A stretch of DNA of 64,000 bases from Spirochaetia bacterium (GCA_963677925.2 CAXXYH010000003.1:576001-640000); one strand, 5' to 3'; shown: positions 8,618 through 19,003, numbered from the stretch's first letter. Program-made: numbers and translations. The notes: a model not told the origin generated them from the sequence alone.

Positions 8618-11263
8618 TTATCTTTCGAGTTCTTTTATGAAAAAGTTGATACGATCATTACGTTCGGTAAACTCGGCAAGTTTCCCTTTTTCCTTCTCAA
8701 CTACATCATCAGGTGCATTATCAAGGAATTTTGAATTTCCGAGTTTGCCTTCAGTCTGCTTAATAAGTTTGGCAAGCTTGTCCTTTTCCTTTTTTAGTTT
8801 ATCAATCTCTTTTTCAACATCAACAGCCTCACGAATGAAGGCATAGGCTTCAAATCCCTGTCCGGCTGATGCAACACTGCCGCTGATATCGGCTTTGCCG
8901 CTGGCCAGAACAAGCTTGTCTGTATTTACAAACTGGGCAATAAGCGGTTCATGAGTTCTGAAAAAATCCTCTGAAGCAAAGCCTTCATCCATAACAACAG
9001 TTACCGGAATCTTCTTCTCAGGCGGAATCGTAAATTCCGATCTGAGGGTTCTGATTCCTCTTATCAGATCCTGAAGCAGAGTGAAAGAAGCCGCAGATTC
9101 AGGAAAGTTGAACTTCTCTTCATAAACCGGGTAATCTTCAATAATCAGCGCCTTTTTCTCAAGGGGAAGCTTCTGGTAAATTTCCTCGGTAATAAATGAA
9201 AGGTAGGGATGAAGAAGCTTCAGAGCCTGACCAAGAATATAAACCAGCATTGAAATTGCCCTGTCCTTTTCGGCTTCATCCTTTGAATACAGAGACATCT
9301 TTGAAGCTTCGATGTACCAGTCACAGAAATCATTCCAGAAGAACTCATAGCCGGCCTGGGCAAAGTCATTGAATCTGTAAACAGCAAGTGCTTCATGAGC
9401 AGCCGCGGTTCTTTCATTAAGACGGTGAAGGATCCACTTATCAACTTCTTTCAGTTCAATATCATTGATATCAATAATTTTTCTGCCTTCAACATTCATA
9501 AGAATGTAGCGTGAGGCATTCCAGACCTTATTTGCAAACTTGGAGCCTAGCTTGAATGATTCCTTGTCTATCAGTATATCCTGTCCCTGGGCTGAAAGAA
9601 ATGCCATGGTAAACTTCAGGGCGTCGGCACCGTATTCAGAAACAATCTCAAGCGGATCAAGACCGTTACCCAGAGATTTAGACATTTTACGTCCCTGCCT
9701 GTCACGTACAAGCCCTGTAATATAAATATCCCTGAAGGGGGCCTTATCCATAAACTCAAGCGAGGACATGATCATTCTGGCAACCCAGAAAAAAATTATA
9801 TCGTAGCCGGTAACCAGAGTGCTTGTAGGAAAGAATCGGTCAAGATCAGCAGTCTTTTCAGGCCAGCCCAGAGTTGAGAAAGGCCAGAGCCAGGAGGAGA
9901 ACCAGGTATCAAGAACATCTTCGTCCTGCCTTATATTAGAACTGCCGCATTTCTTGCATGTTGACGGATCATCGCGTTCAACCATCATCTCACCGCAGTC
10001 ATCACAATACCATACAGGGATTCTGTGTCCCCACCAGAGCTGTCTGGATATACACCAATCCCGGATATTGGATAACCAGTGCTTATAAGTATTTTCCCAT
10101 TTTTTCGGGTAAAAGATTACCTCGCTGTCTTCCCATGCTTTAAGAGCCATATCGGCCATTTTTTTCATGGATACAAACCATTGCTTCGATACATATGGTT
10201 CAACAACTGTGTCACATCGGTAGCAGTGGCCTACCTGGTGTTTATGTTCCTCATCCTTCAGATACAGTCCCAGAGCCTTTAGATCTTCAACTACTGCTTT
10301 TCGGGCAGTCTTTGCATCCATTCCCCTGTATTTTTCAGGAACGCTGTCATTCAGCGTTCCGTCGTCATTGAGTATGTTAATCTTTTCAAGGTTATGCCGG
10401 TTTCCAATTTCCCAGTCATTCGGATCATGCGCAGGGGTAATTTTAACCGCGCCGGTTCCGAATTCCATAGAAACATAGGAATCACCAATAACAGGAATAA
10501 TACGGTCTGAAAGCGGGAGCTTCAGCTCCTTTCCTATAAGATGCTTGTATCGATCATCCTCAGGATTTACTGCCACAGCAGTATCTCCAAGCATTGTTTC
10601 GGGTCTTGTTGTAGCGATTTCAAGCTGACCGCTTCCATCCGCAAGCGGATAAAAATAATGGTACATCTTTCCGTTTACTTCACTGTGGTCAACCTCGTCA
10701 TCTGCAAGAGCGGTTCCGCATGACGGGCACCAGTTAACAAGATAATTTCCCTGATATACGAGTCCTCTCTCATGAAGTCCTACGAAAACCTCGCGTACAG
10801 CTTTCGAACATCCCTCATCAAGCGTAAAACGTTCACGGCTCCAGTCGCAGGAAGAACCTATTTTCATCAGCTGTTTTTTGATGATGCTGTGATGTTCTTC
10901 CTTCACCTTCCATGTCTCTTCAACAAATTTTTCCCGGCCTAGGTCTCTTCGTTCAATCCCTTTCGCCCGAAGTTTTTTCTCAACAATATTCTGGGTTGCA
11001 ATACCTGCATGATCAGTTCCCGGAACCCACAGAGCCGGGCGGCCGCACATACGGTGATATCGAATAAGCACATCCTGAAGAATGTTGTTCAGGCCGTGTC
11101 CCATATGCAGAACACCTGTAACATTTGGAGGAGGGATCACAATAACAAAGGGATCTTTATCTGAATCGGACGGTTTAAAATAACCGTTATCCATCCAGTA
11201 CTTATAAATTCTGTCCTCAAATTCTTCAGGGTTAAAGGCTTTTGCCATCTCTTCTGTGCTCAT
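8618..11263 (-). CDS. valS: Valine--tRNA ligase
   Basis: PPPNVTGVLHMGH, DWCISRQLWWGH, KMSKS, C-terminal coiled coil. Confidence 0.98.
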   Translation of the reverse strand: MSTEEMAKAFNPEEFEDRIYKYWMDNGYFKPSDSDKDPFVIVIPPPNVTGVLHMGHGLNNILQDVLIRYHRMCGRPALWVPGTDHAGIATQNIVEKKLRAKGIERRDLGREKFVEETWKVKEEHHSIIKKQLMKIGSSCDWSRERFTLDEGCSKAVREVFVGLHERGLVYQGNYLVNWCPSCGTALADDEVDHSEVNGKMYHYFYPLADGSGQLEIATTRPETMLGDTAVAVNPEDDRYKHLIGKELKLPLSDRIIPVIGDSYVSMEFGTGAVKITPAHDPNDWEIGNRHNLEKINILNDDGTLNDSVPEKYRGMDAKTARKAVVEDLKALGLYLKDEEHKHQVGHCYRCDTVVEPYVSKQWFVSMKKMADMALKAWEDSEVIFYPKKWENTYKHWLSNIRDWCISRQLWWGHRIPVWYCDDCGEMMVERDDPSTCKKCGSSNIRQDEDVLDTWFSSWLWPFSTLGWPEKTADLDRFFPTSTLVTGYDIIFFWVARMIMSSLEFMDKAPFRDIYITGLVRDRQGRKMSKSLGNGLDPLEIVSEYGADALKFTMAFLSAQGQDILIDKESFKLGSKFANKVWNASRYILMNVEGRKIIDINDIELKEVDKWILHRLNERTAAAHEALAVYRFNDFAQAGYEFFWNDFCDWYIEASKMSLYSKDEAEKDRAISMLVYILGQALKLLHPYLSFITEEIYQKLPLEKKALIIEDYPVYEEKFNFPESAASFTLLQDLIRGIRTLRSEFTIPPEKKIPVTVVMDEGFASEDFFRTHEPLIAQFVNTDKLVLASGKADISGSVASAGQGFEAYAFIREAVDVEKEIDKLKKEKDKLAKLIKQTEGKLGNSKFLDNAPDDVVEKEKGKLAEFTERNDRINFFIKELER

Positions 11264-11387
11264 AAATTACTCCGGTAAAAATATATCATTCAGAAAAAAG
11301 ATATTACCAGAATACGAATAAAGCTTCAATCAGCATCGATTTATTCAATATTGTCCTGAGTGCTGATCTGTGTTAGATTCTAAATCT

Positions 11388-12107
11388 ATGGGATTCAGAA
11401 AACCGGCTGCAGCAGCGATTCTTCTTACAATAATTACTTTTTCCTCCCTTGCTCAGAACAATACTGATACTGACTATCAGGAAGACAGGGTAAATCTGGC
11501 ATCAGAACTGCGCAGCCAGGGGAAACTGATACAGACATCAGTTTATAATGCCTTTCTGGAAGTTCCCAGACACAGCTTTGTATCACAAAAATACAGACGT
11601 CTTGTTTATCAGGATATTCCGGTTCCCGCAGCCGACAGCAGTATTCTGCCATCTGCTTCAGATACTGCAGAATGCATTGACCTTCTCTCGCCTTCGTCAT
11701 CAGACAGCATTCTGATAATAGGAAATAATGCCGGATATGCGGCAGCACTTCTGTCTCGGACCTGCAGGGAAGTCTATCTTATTGAGGAGTCATCTGCTGC
11801 TGCAAGCTATGCAGAGATATTCGCCTTAAACGGTTATGACAATATCAGACTTGCAGAAACTCAGGATGTTTCTGCATTTGATGAGATTCTTGCCTTCGAT
11901 AAGATTTTCATTCACGGCGCGGTGAGCGGAGTTTCAGAAAAGATCACAGAGAAACTGGCACTTCAGGGAAATATTGTATTCATAGCCGCTCAGCCGGAGA
12001 GTCTGCAGCTTATCATGTCTTTCAGGCGTTCTCTGCTTGGTGACAGCATTATCAGCGGGAATGAATGTTTTTTTCCGGTAATTTCAAAATTAAAGGTTGT
12101 TAATTGA
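11388..12107 (+). CDS. Protein-L-isoaspartate O-methyltransferase-like protein with signal peptide (degenerate SAM motif)
   Basis: AF.EVPRH.FV....Y.D, ILIIGNNAGYAAALLS, FDKIFI. Signal peptide MGFRKPAAAAILLTIITFSSLA. Start moved to ATG 11388 (TTGTCC-17-TAGATT upstream). Confidence 0.7.
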   Translation: MGFRKPAAAAILLTIITFSSLAQNNTDTDYQEDRVNLASELRSQGKLIQTSVYNAFLEVPRHSFVSQKYRRLVYQDIPVPAADSSILPSASDTAECIDLLSPSSSDSILIIGNNAGYAAALLSRTCREVYLIEESSAAASYAEIFALNGYDNIRLAETQDVSAFDEILAFDKIFIHGAVSGVSEKITEKLALQGNIVFIAAQPESLQLIMSFRRSLLGDSIISGNECFFPVISKLKVVN

Positions 12108-13322
12108 GCCTTTTTTTCTGGCCTTATCAATCCGCTCCATCTTCCGGTAGTACTTTGCCTGTTTTTCCACTTCTTCAGTACTTGTCAGATGTATCTTGTT
12201 GTTGACCACCTTAATTTTGGAGTTCTCAAACAGCTTCCTGATATAGACATTCCCTTCATCCTTAGGAAGACCTACAAGATTTATAAGTTCCTGAGGCCCG
12301 AAATCAAAGGTAAAGGGTTCGGAGGTTATAGGAGTTCTCATCTTTTCAAGCTGAATAAGAAGTGCATCGTAAAGCCTTCCAAGAGGATCAGTAAGCTGGG
12401 TATTGGCAAGCTGCTTATAAATAAACCAAATTCTTTCAGAAAGCAGCTGTGTAAGTTTCGAAATAATCTGAGGCTGGCTTGCAACCATCCGGTTGAAGTT
12501 GGCATTGTTCACCGCCATCAAAACTGTTTCTTCATGTGCAATAGCTGAAGCGGATCTGGGCTTGTTCTCAAGAAGCGACATTTCTCCGAATATATCACCA
12601 GGTTTCAGAAGTGCCAGAAGCTGTTCATTATCGTTTACGATTTTAGTAATCTTGACACTGCCCTTTTGTATTATATACAGCTCCTGACCAGGCTGTGATT
12701 CACTGAAAATCATTGTATCTTTCGGATATGTCCGTGTAAAATTCTTTTCATCACCATCAAGATATACAACTTTGGAATAGGGCTTTATTTTTGCCATTCG
12801 TTCCTTGGCTACATTCAAATTAGCACCGTCGGGACAGTATTTTATATATTGATGATAAGCATAGTAAGCCTGATTATACTGGCTCTGCCTGGCATAGTAT
12901 TCAGCTACTTTAAAAAGATGAGATAAATCATCAACAGCAATACTTTTGAAGGTGATACGTGTAAGAGCCTCATCAAGATAGCGCATCTTCTGCGAGAACT
13001 GCTGTATTATTTTCATAGCCACAGGGGCATTACGTTCAATCAGAAGTCCATACTGTTCACGGTGAACCGTGATAAGGGCAGCATCAGTCAGTGCCTGTGC
13101 TGTTTCAATATGGCTGTGTGACGACATAGTGGAAACAACCCCGAAGAAGTCACCCGGATTGAGAATATTTCCGCCGACTTCCTCTACTATTTCAACTTCC
13201 TTGCTTACACGCACCTTTCCGCTGCGGATAATGTAGAAATAGTCAGCCTTCTGCTTACCTTCTACTATGATGTAAGAGCCTTTTCGGAATGTCTGCAAAG
13301 ATAGTTGTAATGGATTATCCAT
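12090..13322 (-). CDS. Crp/Fnr-family protein with two cNMP-binding domains and a central TPR-like segment
   Basis: First CNBD GDFFGVVS, TPR-like AEYYARQSQYNQAYYAYHQYIKYCPDG, second CNBD FGEMSLLENKPRSA, and a C-terminal Crp-like helical region. Confidence 0.85.
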   Translation of the reverse strand: MDNPLQLSLQTFRKGSYIIVEGKQKADYFYIIRSGKVRVSKEVEIVEEVGGNILNPGDFFGVVSTMSSHSHIETAQALTDAALITVHREQYGLLIERNAPVAMKIIQQFSQKMRYLDEALTRITFKSIAVDDLSHLFKVAEYYARQSQYNQAYYAYHQYIKYCPDGANLNVAKERMAKIKPYSKVVYLDGDEKNFTRTYPKDTMIFSESQPGQELYIIQKGSVKITKIVNDNEQLLALLKPGDIFGEMSLLENKPRSASAIAHEETVLMAVNNANFNRMVASQPQIISKLTQLLSERIWFIYKQLANTQLTDPLGRLYDALLIQLEKMRTPITSEPFTFDFGPQELINLVGLPKDEGNVYIRKLFENSKIKVVNNKIHLTSTEEVEKQAKYYRKMERIDKARKKGSINNL

Positions 13323-13393
13323 ACCTCACCTAACCAGAAAGAGTTTTATTCTTTTAATAATATCGGCTTCCATACTCTTAATCATAAACATAT

Positions 13394-15049
13394 TTACCAC
13401 CAATTAACTACCCTTACAGAGCGCCATAATGAAGAATATGAAAATAATCCTGCGGATTCTTCATAAATAGTCTGTAAGGAGAAAAGCCCCTTCCTTGTAA
13501 CAATTCTTCCTTCTGGAGTAATCTGCCGGACCGGGATTACCCCCCTGGTAAAAGTCAGATGCTGGTTATCAAGACTGCCGAAATAATAGGAAGCCGGCTG
13601 TGTCTCATCAGCCAGAGGAAAATTACCGAACCTTGCACCGTCACCCAGGGCCGGATCAACAGGTACCCATCCGTAACCTTCAAGGTAAAATTCAGCCCAG
13701 TAATGATTTATTGACTGTTTATTGTTGTATATAAGCACTCCCGCTACAGGACGGGCCGGAATTCCGGCAGCCCTGCACATTGCAGTAAAAAGCACTGAAT
13801 AAGTATATGAATCACCCTCGCCGCTATTTATATTTTCGGCAATAAGAGTACTTGCCGGCTTAAGTGTATATTCCAGATTTCTAAGAAGATAATTGTAGAT
13901 ATTTTCTGCTTTGCGGTATGGATTGCGTTCACGCCCAACAGCAGAGGACGACCACCGTTTGACAGTATCATCCCCGGAAGGGATCAATGATTCCGCCTGT
14001 GTATATACTTTGAACAGCCTTCTGTCCTCATTATACCGTGTCTGAACTTTTGCGGTATTTACCCTTGTTTCTATTGCATAACATTCAAACCATGTCTGAA
14101 TATTTATCTGCTTTGTTTCATTGTCTGTAATATCTGAAAATGAATAGCGCATCAGGCCCAGATAGTTCTCCCAAAGCGGAGCAGGTTCTGTAGTAGTCTC
14201 GACATTTCTCTGCTCAAGTCCCGGCCTTACTATAGGTATCCAGAGATCAAGGCTGTTGGAAGCATTGCCGTCGACCCTGTTGACATCAACACCATATTCT
14301 ATCTGGTAGCCTTTCTTATCAGTATAATTCTTCACCCCGGAATTATCTTCAACTTCAAAATAGAGTGCGTTGCTGATGCCTCTGTCGGTCTGTATTCTGA
14401 TATTTCCTGATGAAGCACCATCAGGTATGAATACATTTATCTGCTGATCATCCCAGCTGTCATAATCATAATCAATTTCAGAACAAACTATCATTCCGGC
14501 AAGTGAATCATCTCCTCCGGAGGCTTCCTCATCAAGTCCGGCCGCCGCAAAAAAAACTTCCGCGGTGCCTCTTTCATGACCGAAATTAAGGCCCTTTATG
14601 GTGACAAGGCTTCCGACTGAGCCGCTTTCAGGAGACAGCGACTCCATATAGGGGTAACCAGGCTTCTGCGGGCCGGAAAGTATTACAGGTATATGCTCAC
14701 GGTTGGTAAAAAGAACGCCATTGCTTACCTTCCGTCTGGTTTTTACTGTAACCAGGCCGGAATCAGCATCTTCGGGAATTCTGACAATTATCTCATTATC
14801 AGACCATTTCTCATAATCATTGGACATAGCCCGTACACCGGCTATCCGTACTTCCACTCCGCTTCGGATATTTCCAAAATTACTGCCGATAATTCTTATA
14901 TTCTCTCCGGGATATGCTACATCCGGTTCGATGGAACTGATAACCGGAAAACGGTAAATGCCCGATGCATTAACCGCAAAACCTGCGATAACTGCTGCGA
15001 GAATTACAATTGGGAGAAATAACCGGTTTTTAAAGAGAGTTTTTATCAT
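13394..15049 (-). CDS. Exported IPT/TIG-domain transglutaminase-like protein
   Basis: Two IPT repeats (I.I.G.NFG...W.D..I...IP.....G), then F.AMCRAAGIPAR...HYWAEFY..GYGWVPVDP. Confidence 0.85.
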   Translation of the reverse strand: MIKTLFKNRLFLPIVILAAVIAGFAVNASGIYRFPVISSIEPDVAYPGENIRIIGSNFGNIRSGVEVRIAGVRAMSNDYEKWSDNEIIVRIPEDADSGLVTVKTRRKVSNGVLFTNREHIPVILSGPQKPGYPYMESLSPESGSVGSLVTIKGLNFGHERGTAEVFFAAAGLDEEASGGDDSLAGMIVCSEIDYDYDSWDDQQINVFIPDGASSGNIRIQTDRGISNALYFEVEDNSGVKNYTDKKGYQIEYGVDVNRVDGNASNSLDLWIPIVRPGLEQRNVETTTEPAPLWENYLGLMRYSFSDITDNETKQINIQTWFECYAIETRVNTAKVQTRYNEDRRLFKVYTQAESLIPSGDDTVKRWSSSAVGRERNPYRKAENIYNYLLRNLEYTLKPASTLIAENINSGEGDSYTYSVLFTAMCRAAGIPARPVAGVLIYNNKQSINHYWAEFYLEGYGWVPVDPALGDGARFGNFPLADETQPASYYFGSLDNQHLTFTRGVIPVRQITPEGRIVTRKGLFSLQTIYEESAGLFSYSSLWRSVRVVNWW

Positions 15050-15540
15050 TCCGTCCTTACTGAGTCTGAGTCATCTTCTACTGATAGAACCTGAATATCC
15101 ATTTCGATGCTGTATACATTGCTGTCGGAATCATATGCCATTCCCAGCGGAAAAAACACAGCAGTCTCACCGAATTTAACGGGGAGACTTTTCAGAGTAG
15201 TATAGTATTTAACTTCCTTACTGTCAGTATTATTGGACAGAAAAATTTCGCCTTTAGCAACAAGAAAGACAGTGTTGTCCTCATTGAGATAAGGGGTGAT
15301 ATTTGCTATAACGACAAGATTGTCGCCTGAAAGCTTTACTTTTACAGCTTCGCCGGATACTGCGACCCTGTTGCTTTCCATATGCCAGAGGGTTTCATTG
15401 TCTGTACCAAGCCCCCTGGTTACGAGATTAATTTCAAGTTTTTTACCTTTTATAAAATCAAAGTCGAAACCTGCACTCTGTGCGTTTACCCCGAGCACAG
15501 ATATCAGCAGGAGTACAATGCTGCTTATACTCCTCCGCAC
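15046..15540 (-). CDS. Exported hypothetical protein in the ECF sigma operon
   Basis: Signal peptide and beta-rich body; translationally coupled to both neighbours. Confidence 0.7.
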   Translation of the reverse strand: MRRSISSIVLLLISVLGVNAQSAGFDFDFIKGKKLEINLVTRGLGTDNETLWHMESNRVAVSGEAVKVKLSGDNLVVIANITPYLNEDNTVFLVAKGEIFLSNNTDSKEVKYYTTLKSLPVKFGETAVFFPLGMAYDSDSNVYSIEMDIQVLSVEDDSDSVRTE

Positions 15541-16079
15541 TATTGCCCCCGATGATAATCAGCTTTTCGGATAAGTTGGGGTTCTCCGGTCACTGCAGGG
15601 GTATCGCCGGCGGGTATTGTGATAAGAAGATCAAAACCCTCATCACTGGCAATAATGTAAGCGGCAGCATCTTCCAGGCTTATAACCTCAAAATCCTGAG
15701 CATCATCCTTGATTTCTTCAGCAACATATTCGGTAGTTCGGCCAGTTGTAAAAAGAAGAAACAGCCCCAGAAATAAAATTATAAGCATAGCTGCGGCAGC
15801 ACCGGCAAAAACAGGCAGCGGCATACTTATAACCCTGGAAATATTCCGTTCAGGCATCATCTGCCGTTTGCGTTCCAGAGTTGCTGCAACTCTTTCCATT
15901 CTCAGCTTCTGCCCCGGAACGGATGATTCTGAAAGTAAATCACCTATTTCGGTATAATTTTTTACAGTATCTTCGCAGTCTGTACAATTTTTAATATGGG
16001 ATTCGGCCTCATCATGCCATTTAGAATCAAGCTCACCGTCATAAAAAGCAGACAGTAATTGTCTGTCAGGACACATCAA
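15540..16079 (-). CDS. Zinc-finger (zf-HC2/ZAS) transmembrane anti-sigma factor
   Basis: C...LLSAFYDGEL...HIKNCTDC plus a single TM helix; directly downstream of the ECF sigma. Confidence 0.88.
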   Translation of the reverse strand: MMCPDRQLLSAFYDGELDSKWHDEAESHIKNCTDCEDTVKNYTEIGDLLSESSVPGQKLRMERVAATLERKRQMMPERNISRVISMPLPVFAGAAAAMLIILFLGLFLLFTTGRTTEYVAEEIKDDAQDFEVISLEDAAAYIIASDEGFDLLITIPAGDTPAVTGEPQLIRKADYHRGQ

Positions 16080-16602
16080 AATCCTCCCTTGAAAGAATCT
16101 CTTCCAATATCGACCTGGCTCTGTATACTCTGACTTTCACATTCCCTTCGGTTATCCTGAGAATGGAAGCAATTTCTTTGTAATTCAGCTGACCGTATTC
16201 CTTAAAAATCAAAACTGTTCTCAGATTCAGAGGAAGTTCCATTAAAGCCTTCCTTACTGTTTCAATCCGTTCCTTATTCAAAAGGTCGGTTTCCCCGGTT
16301 ACATCATCTGTCTGGGGAAGCAGTTTAATACGATCAACAGCCCGTGATTCCCTTCCCTTTCTTTTAACATAATTAAAACAAAGGTTTTTGACCACCCTTA
16401 TCAGCCAGTATCTGGACTGTTCGATAGTGGGGATTCCGACAGGACGTGATATATATTTAAGAAAAGCTTCCTGACAGAGTTCCTCACCAACATCCGGATT
16501 TCCCGTTATATGATAGGCTATTTTGATAAGAACAGGAAAAACTTCAGAGTAAACCTGTTCAAAGGAATCCACGGCCCTTTCATCGTCTACCATACTAAAC
16601 AA
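16066..16602 (-). CDS. ECF RNA polymerase sigma factor
   Basis: Region 2 EELCQEAFLK...WLIRVVKN and region 4 LP...R......EY..LNYKEIA.IL.ITEGNVKVRVYRAR. True start may be ATG 16593. Confidence 0.93.
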   Translation of the reverse strand: MFSMVDDERAVDSFEQVYSEVFPVLIKIAYHITGNPDVGEELCQEAFLKYISRPVGIPTIEQSRYWLIRVVKNLCFNYVKRKGRESRAVDRIKLLPQTDDVTGETDLLNKERIETVRKALMELPLNLRTVLIFKEYGQLNYKEIASILRITEGNVKVRVYRARSILEEILSREDFDVS

Positions 16603-16618
16603 CTTTCCTGCGCTGAGG

Positions 16619-18028
16619 TTACACTCTTTTTGTCCATCTCGGCCCCTGCGGGGTATCTTTTATGATTATACCCATAGAAAGCAGTTTATCCCGTGCTTCA
16701 TCAGCTTTCTGCCAGTCTTTTGACTTTCGGGCATCCTCTCTCTGCTGTACAAGCGAAGCTTCTTCTTCGGTCAGCTCCGGAAGTGCAGCTTCCAGTTCAT
16801 CCAGCCTGAGACCGAGCACTCTGTCCATCTGCAGTACTGCGGTAAGCTTGTCCTGCTCACTTATACTGCTGTCCTTGAGAAGCTGCCACATTTCAGAAAG
16901 AGCACGAGGCGCATTCAAGTCGTTGGCAAGATGCCCGTCAAAATCGGTAAGATATTTTGCAGCAGATTCAGAAATTGAATTGACCTCTGCAGGCTCTGCA
17001 GCCGATTTAAGGGCTATTACTCTGTCATTCAGATTAAGCCTGGCATTCCTGGAAGCATCAAGTGATTCATAATTGAAAACCAGCTGGGAACGGTAATGGC
17101 CGCCCAGACAGAAATATCTGTAATCAAGCGGATCATAGCCGCTGTCAACAAGAGTCTGAAGCGTAATAAAATTACCGGAAGATTTAGCCATCTTCTGCTT
17201 ATCCATCAGCAGAAACTCACCATGCACCCAGTAGTTAACCCATTTTTTGCCGGTGGCTGCCTCTGACTGAGCTATTTCATTGGTATGATGAACCGGAATA
17301 TGATCAATTCCCCCGCAGTGTATATCAAAAGTTTCACCGAGGTATTTCATACTCATAGCCGAACATTCAATATGCCATCCAGGATAGCCGCTTCCCCAGG
17401 GTGAATCCCACTGCATCAGGTGATTCTCAAATTTTGAGTTGGTAAACCAGAGAACGAAGTCTCTGGGGTTTTTCTTGTTTGTATCAACCTCAATTCTAGC
17501 ACCGTCGCGAAGCTGCTGTCTGTCAAGCAGTGCAAGCTCGCCATAGGACGGGAACTTTGAAGTATCAAAGTAGACGTTTCCGCCGGAAACGTAGGTAAAA
17601 CCGTTTTTTTCCAGCCGCTTGATGAGGCCTATCATGTTGCCGATATGGTCTGTCGCCGCGCAAGATGTTGAGGGTTTCAGAATATTAAGCCGCTGAGTAT
17701 CGTTAAAAAAAGCCTCGGTATAGAAAGCGGCAATATCTTCAGGAGTTTTTCCGGTCTCCCTTGCACTCTTCTCCATCTTGTCTTCACCGTCATCAGCATC
17801 GCCGGTCAGGTGGCCTACATCGGTGATGTTCATGATATGATTTACCTTCAGTCCTGCGTATTCAAGCGCTCTTCTGAGTATATCTTCAAAGATATAGGTT
17901 CTAAGGTTACCTATGTGTGCGAAATTGTAAACGGTAGGGCCGCAGCAGTATAGTCCGACTTTTCCCTCTTTTACAGGTTTAAGTTCCTGGAGCTCACGGC
18001 CCAGTGTGTTATAAAGTCGAATCTGCAC
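16619..18028 (-). CDS. cysS: Cysteine--tRNA ligase (canonical)
   Basis: CGPTVY..AHIGN, GWHIECSAMS, HHTNE, KMAKS, and C-terminal anticodon domain (AR..KDW..AD..RD). GTG 18028 follows GGAGG; the track start is 18043. Confidence 0.97.
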   Translation of the reverse strand: MQIRLYNTLGRELQELKPVKEGKVGLYCCGPTVYNFAHIGNLRTYIFEDILRRALEYAGLKVNHIMNITDVGHLTGDADDGEDKMEKSARETGKTPEDIAAFYTEAFFNDTQRLNILKPSTSCAATDHIGNMIGLIKRLEKNGFTYVSGGNVYFDTSKFPSYGELALLDRQQLRDGARIEVDTNKKNPRDFVLWFTNSKFENHLMQWDSPWGSGYPGWHIECSAMSMKYLGETFDIHCGGIDHIPVHHTNEIAQSEAATGKKWVNYWVHGEFLLMDKQKMAKSSGNFITLQTLVDSGYDPLDYRYFCLGGHYRSQLVFNYESLDASRNARLNLNDRVIALKSAAEPAEVNSISESAAKYLTDFDGHLANDLNAPRALSEMWQLLKDSSISEQDKLTAVLQMDRVLGLRLDELEAALPELTEEEASLVQQREDARKSKDWQKADEARDKLLSMGIIIKDTPQGPRWTKRV

Positions 18029-18079
18029 AATTGCCTCCGGCATATGGTAATATCACGGAATTTCATTTAGAATACCGAT

Positions 18080-19003
18080 GTGACTAATTTACGGAATATA
18101 CTTAAAAAAATCAACATCGACGGAGAAATCCGTTTTAATGAGTCCATGGCTGAACACACTACCTTTAAAACCGGCGGAAATGCCGATGTTTATATTCGGC
18201 CATCCGATGAAAACAGCCTTACCGGCCTTTTACAGATGCTTGCATCCGAAATGATTCCGTATTTCATTATAGGAGGAGGCTCCAATCTGCTTGTAGCTGA
18301 CAGCGGAATTAGGGGGGCGGTGGTTGATACAAGTTCACTTAACAGTATAGAGATTGAAGCAGGCGGGATACTAACCGCCGGCTGCGGAGCAGTAGTTGAC
18401 CGGATTGCTGAAAAAGCCTGTGAAGACGGACTGCAGGGTTTTGATTCCTTCTACGGCATGCCCGGAACTATCGGCGGAGCGGTCTGGATGAATGCCCGGT
18501 GCTACGGCAGATCGATTTCAGACATTCTCAAATCGGTAAGATACCTTGACCCGGCTCTGAAACCTGCAGACTATACTTTTAAACCTGAAGATTTTGAATA
18601 TAAACACTCACCATTTCAGAGCAATAAGGGTATAATCCTTTCAGCCTCATTCAGTCTTGAAAAGGGAGCTATTCCCGAAATTGAAGCAGTGATGCAGGCA
18701 AACAGATCTGACCGTGAAAGCAAGGGGCACTATTCAGCCCCATGTGCAGGTTCCGTATTTAAAAATAACAGGGACTTCGGAAAGCCCAGCGGACAGATAA
18801 TTGATTCACTTGGACTCAGAGGATTAAAAGAAGGCGGTGCCATGATTTCTGAAAAACACGCCAACATCATTATAAATCCGGGTACAGCCAGCTCATCAGA
18901 CATTTACCGCCTCATAAAACTGACTGCAGAAAAGGTATATGAAGCCTACGGCTTCAGTCTGGAACCGGAGGTCAGGTTTGCCGGAGACTTCTCTGGACTC
19001 TAA
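18080..19003 (+). CDS. murB: UDP-N-acetylmuramate dehydrogenase
   Basis: HTTFKTGG.A, GGGSNLLV.D, PGTIGGAVWMNA, AGSVFKN, KHAN, LEPEV. Confidence 0.96.
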   Translation: MTNLRNILKKINIDGEIRFNESMAEHTTFKTGGNADVYIRPSDENSLTGLLQMLASEMIPYFIIGGGSNLLVADSGIRGAVVDTSSLNSIEIEAGGILTAGCGAVVDRIAEKACEDGLQGFDSFYGMPGTIGGAVWMNARCYGRSISDILKSVRYLDPALKPADYTFKPEDFEYKHSPFQSNKGIILSASFSLEKGAIPEIEAVMQANRSDRESKGHYSAPCAGSVFKNNRDFGKPSGQIIDSLGLRGLKEGGAMISEKHANIIINPGTASSSDIYRLIKLTAEKVYEAYGFSLEPEVRFAGDFSGL

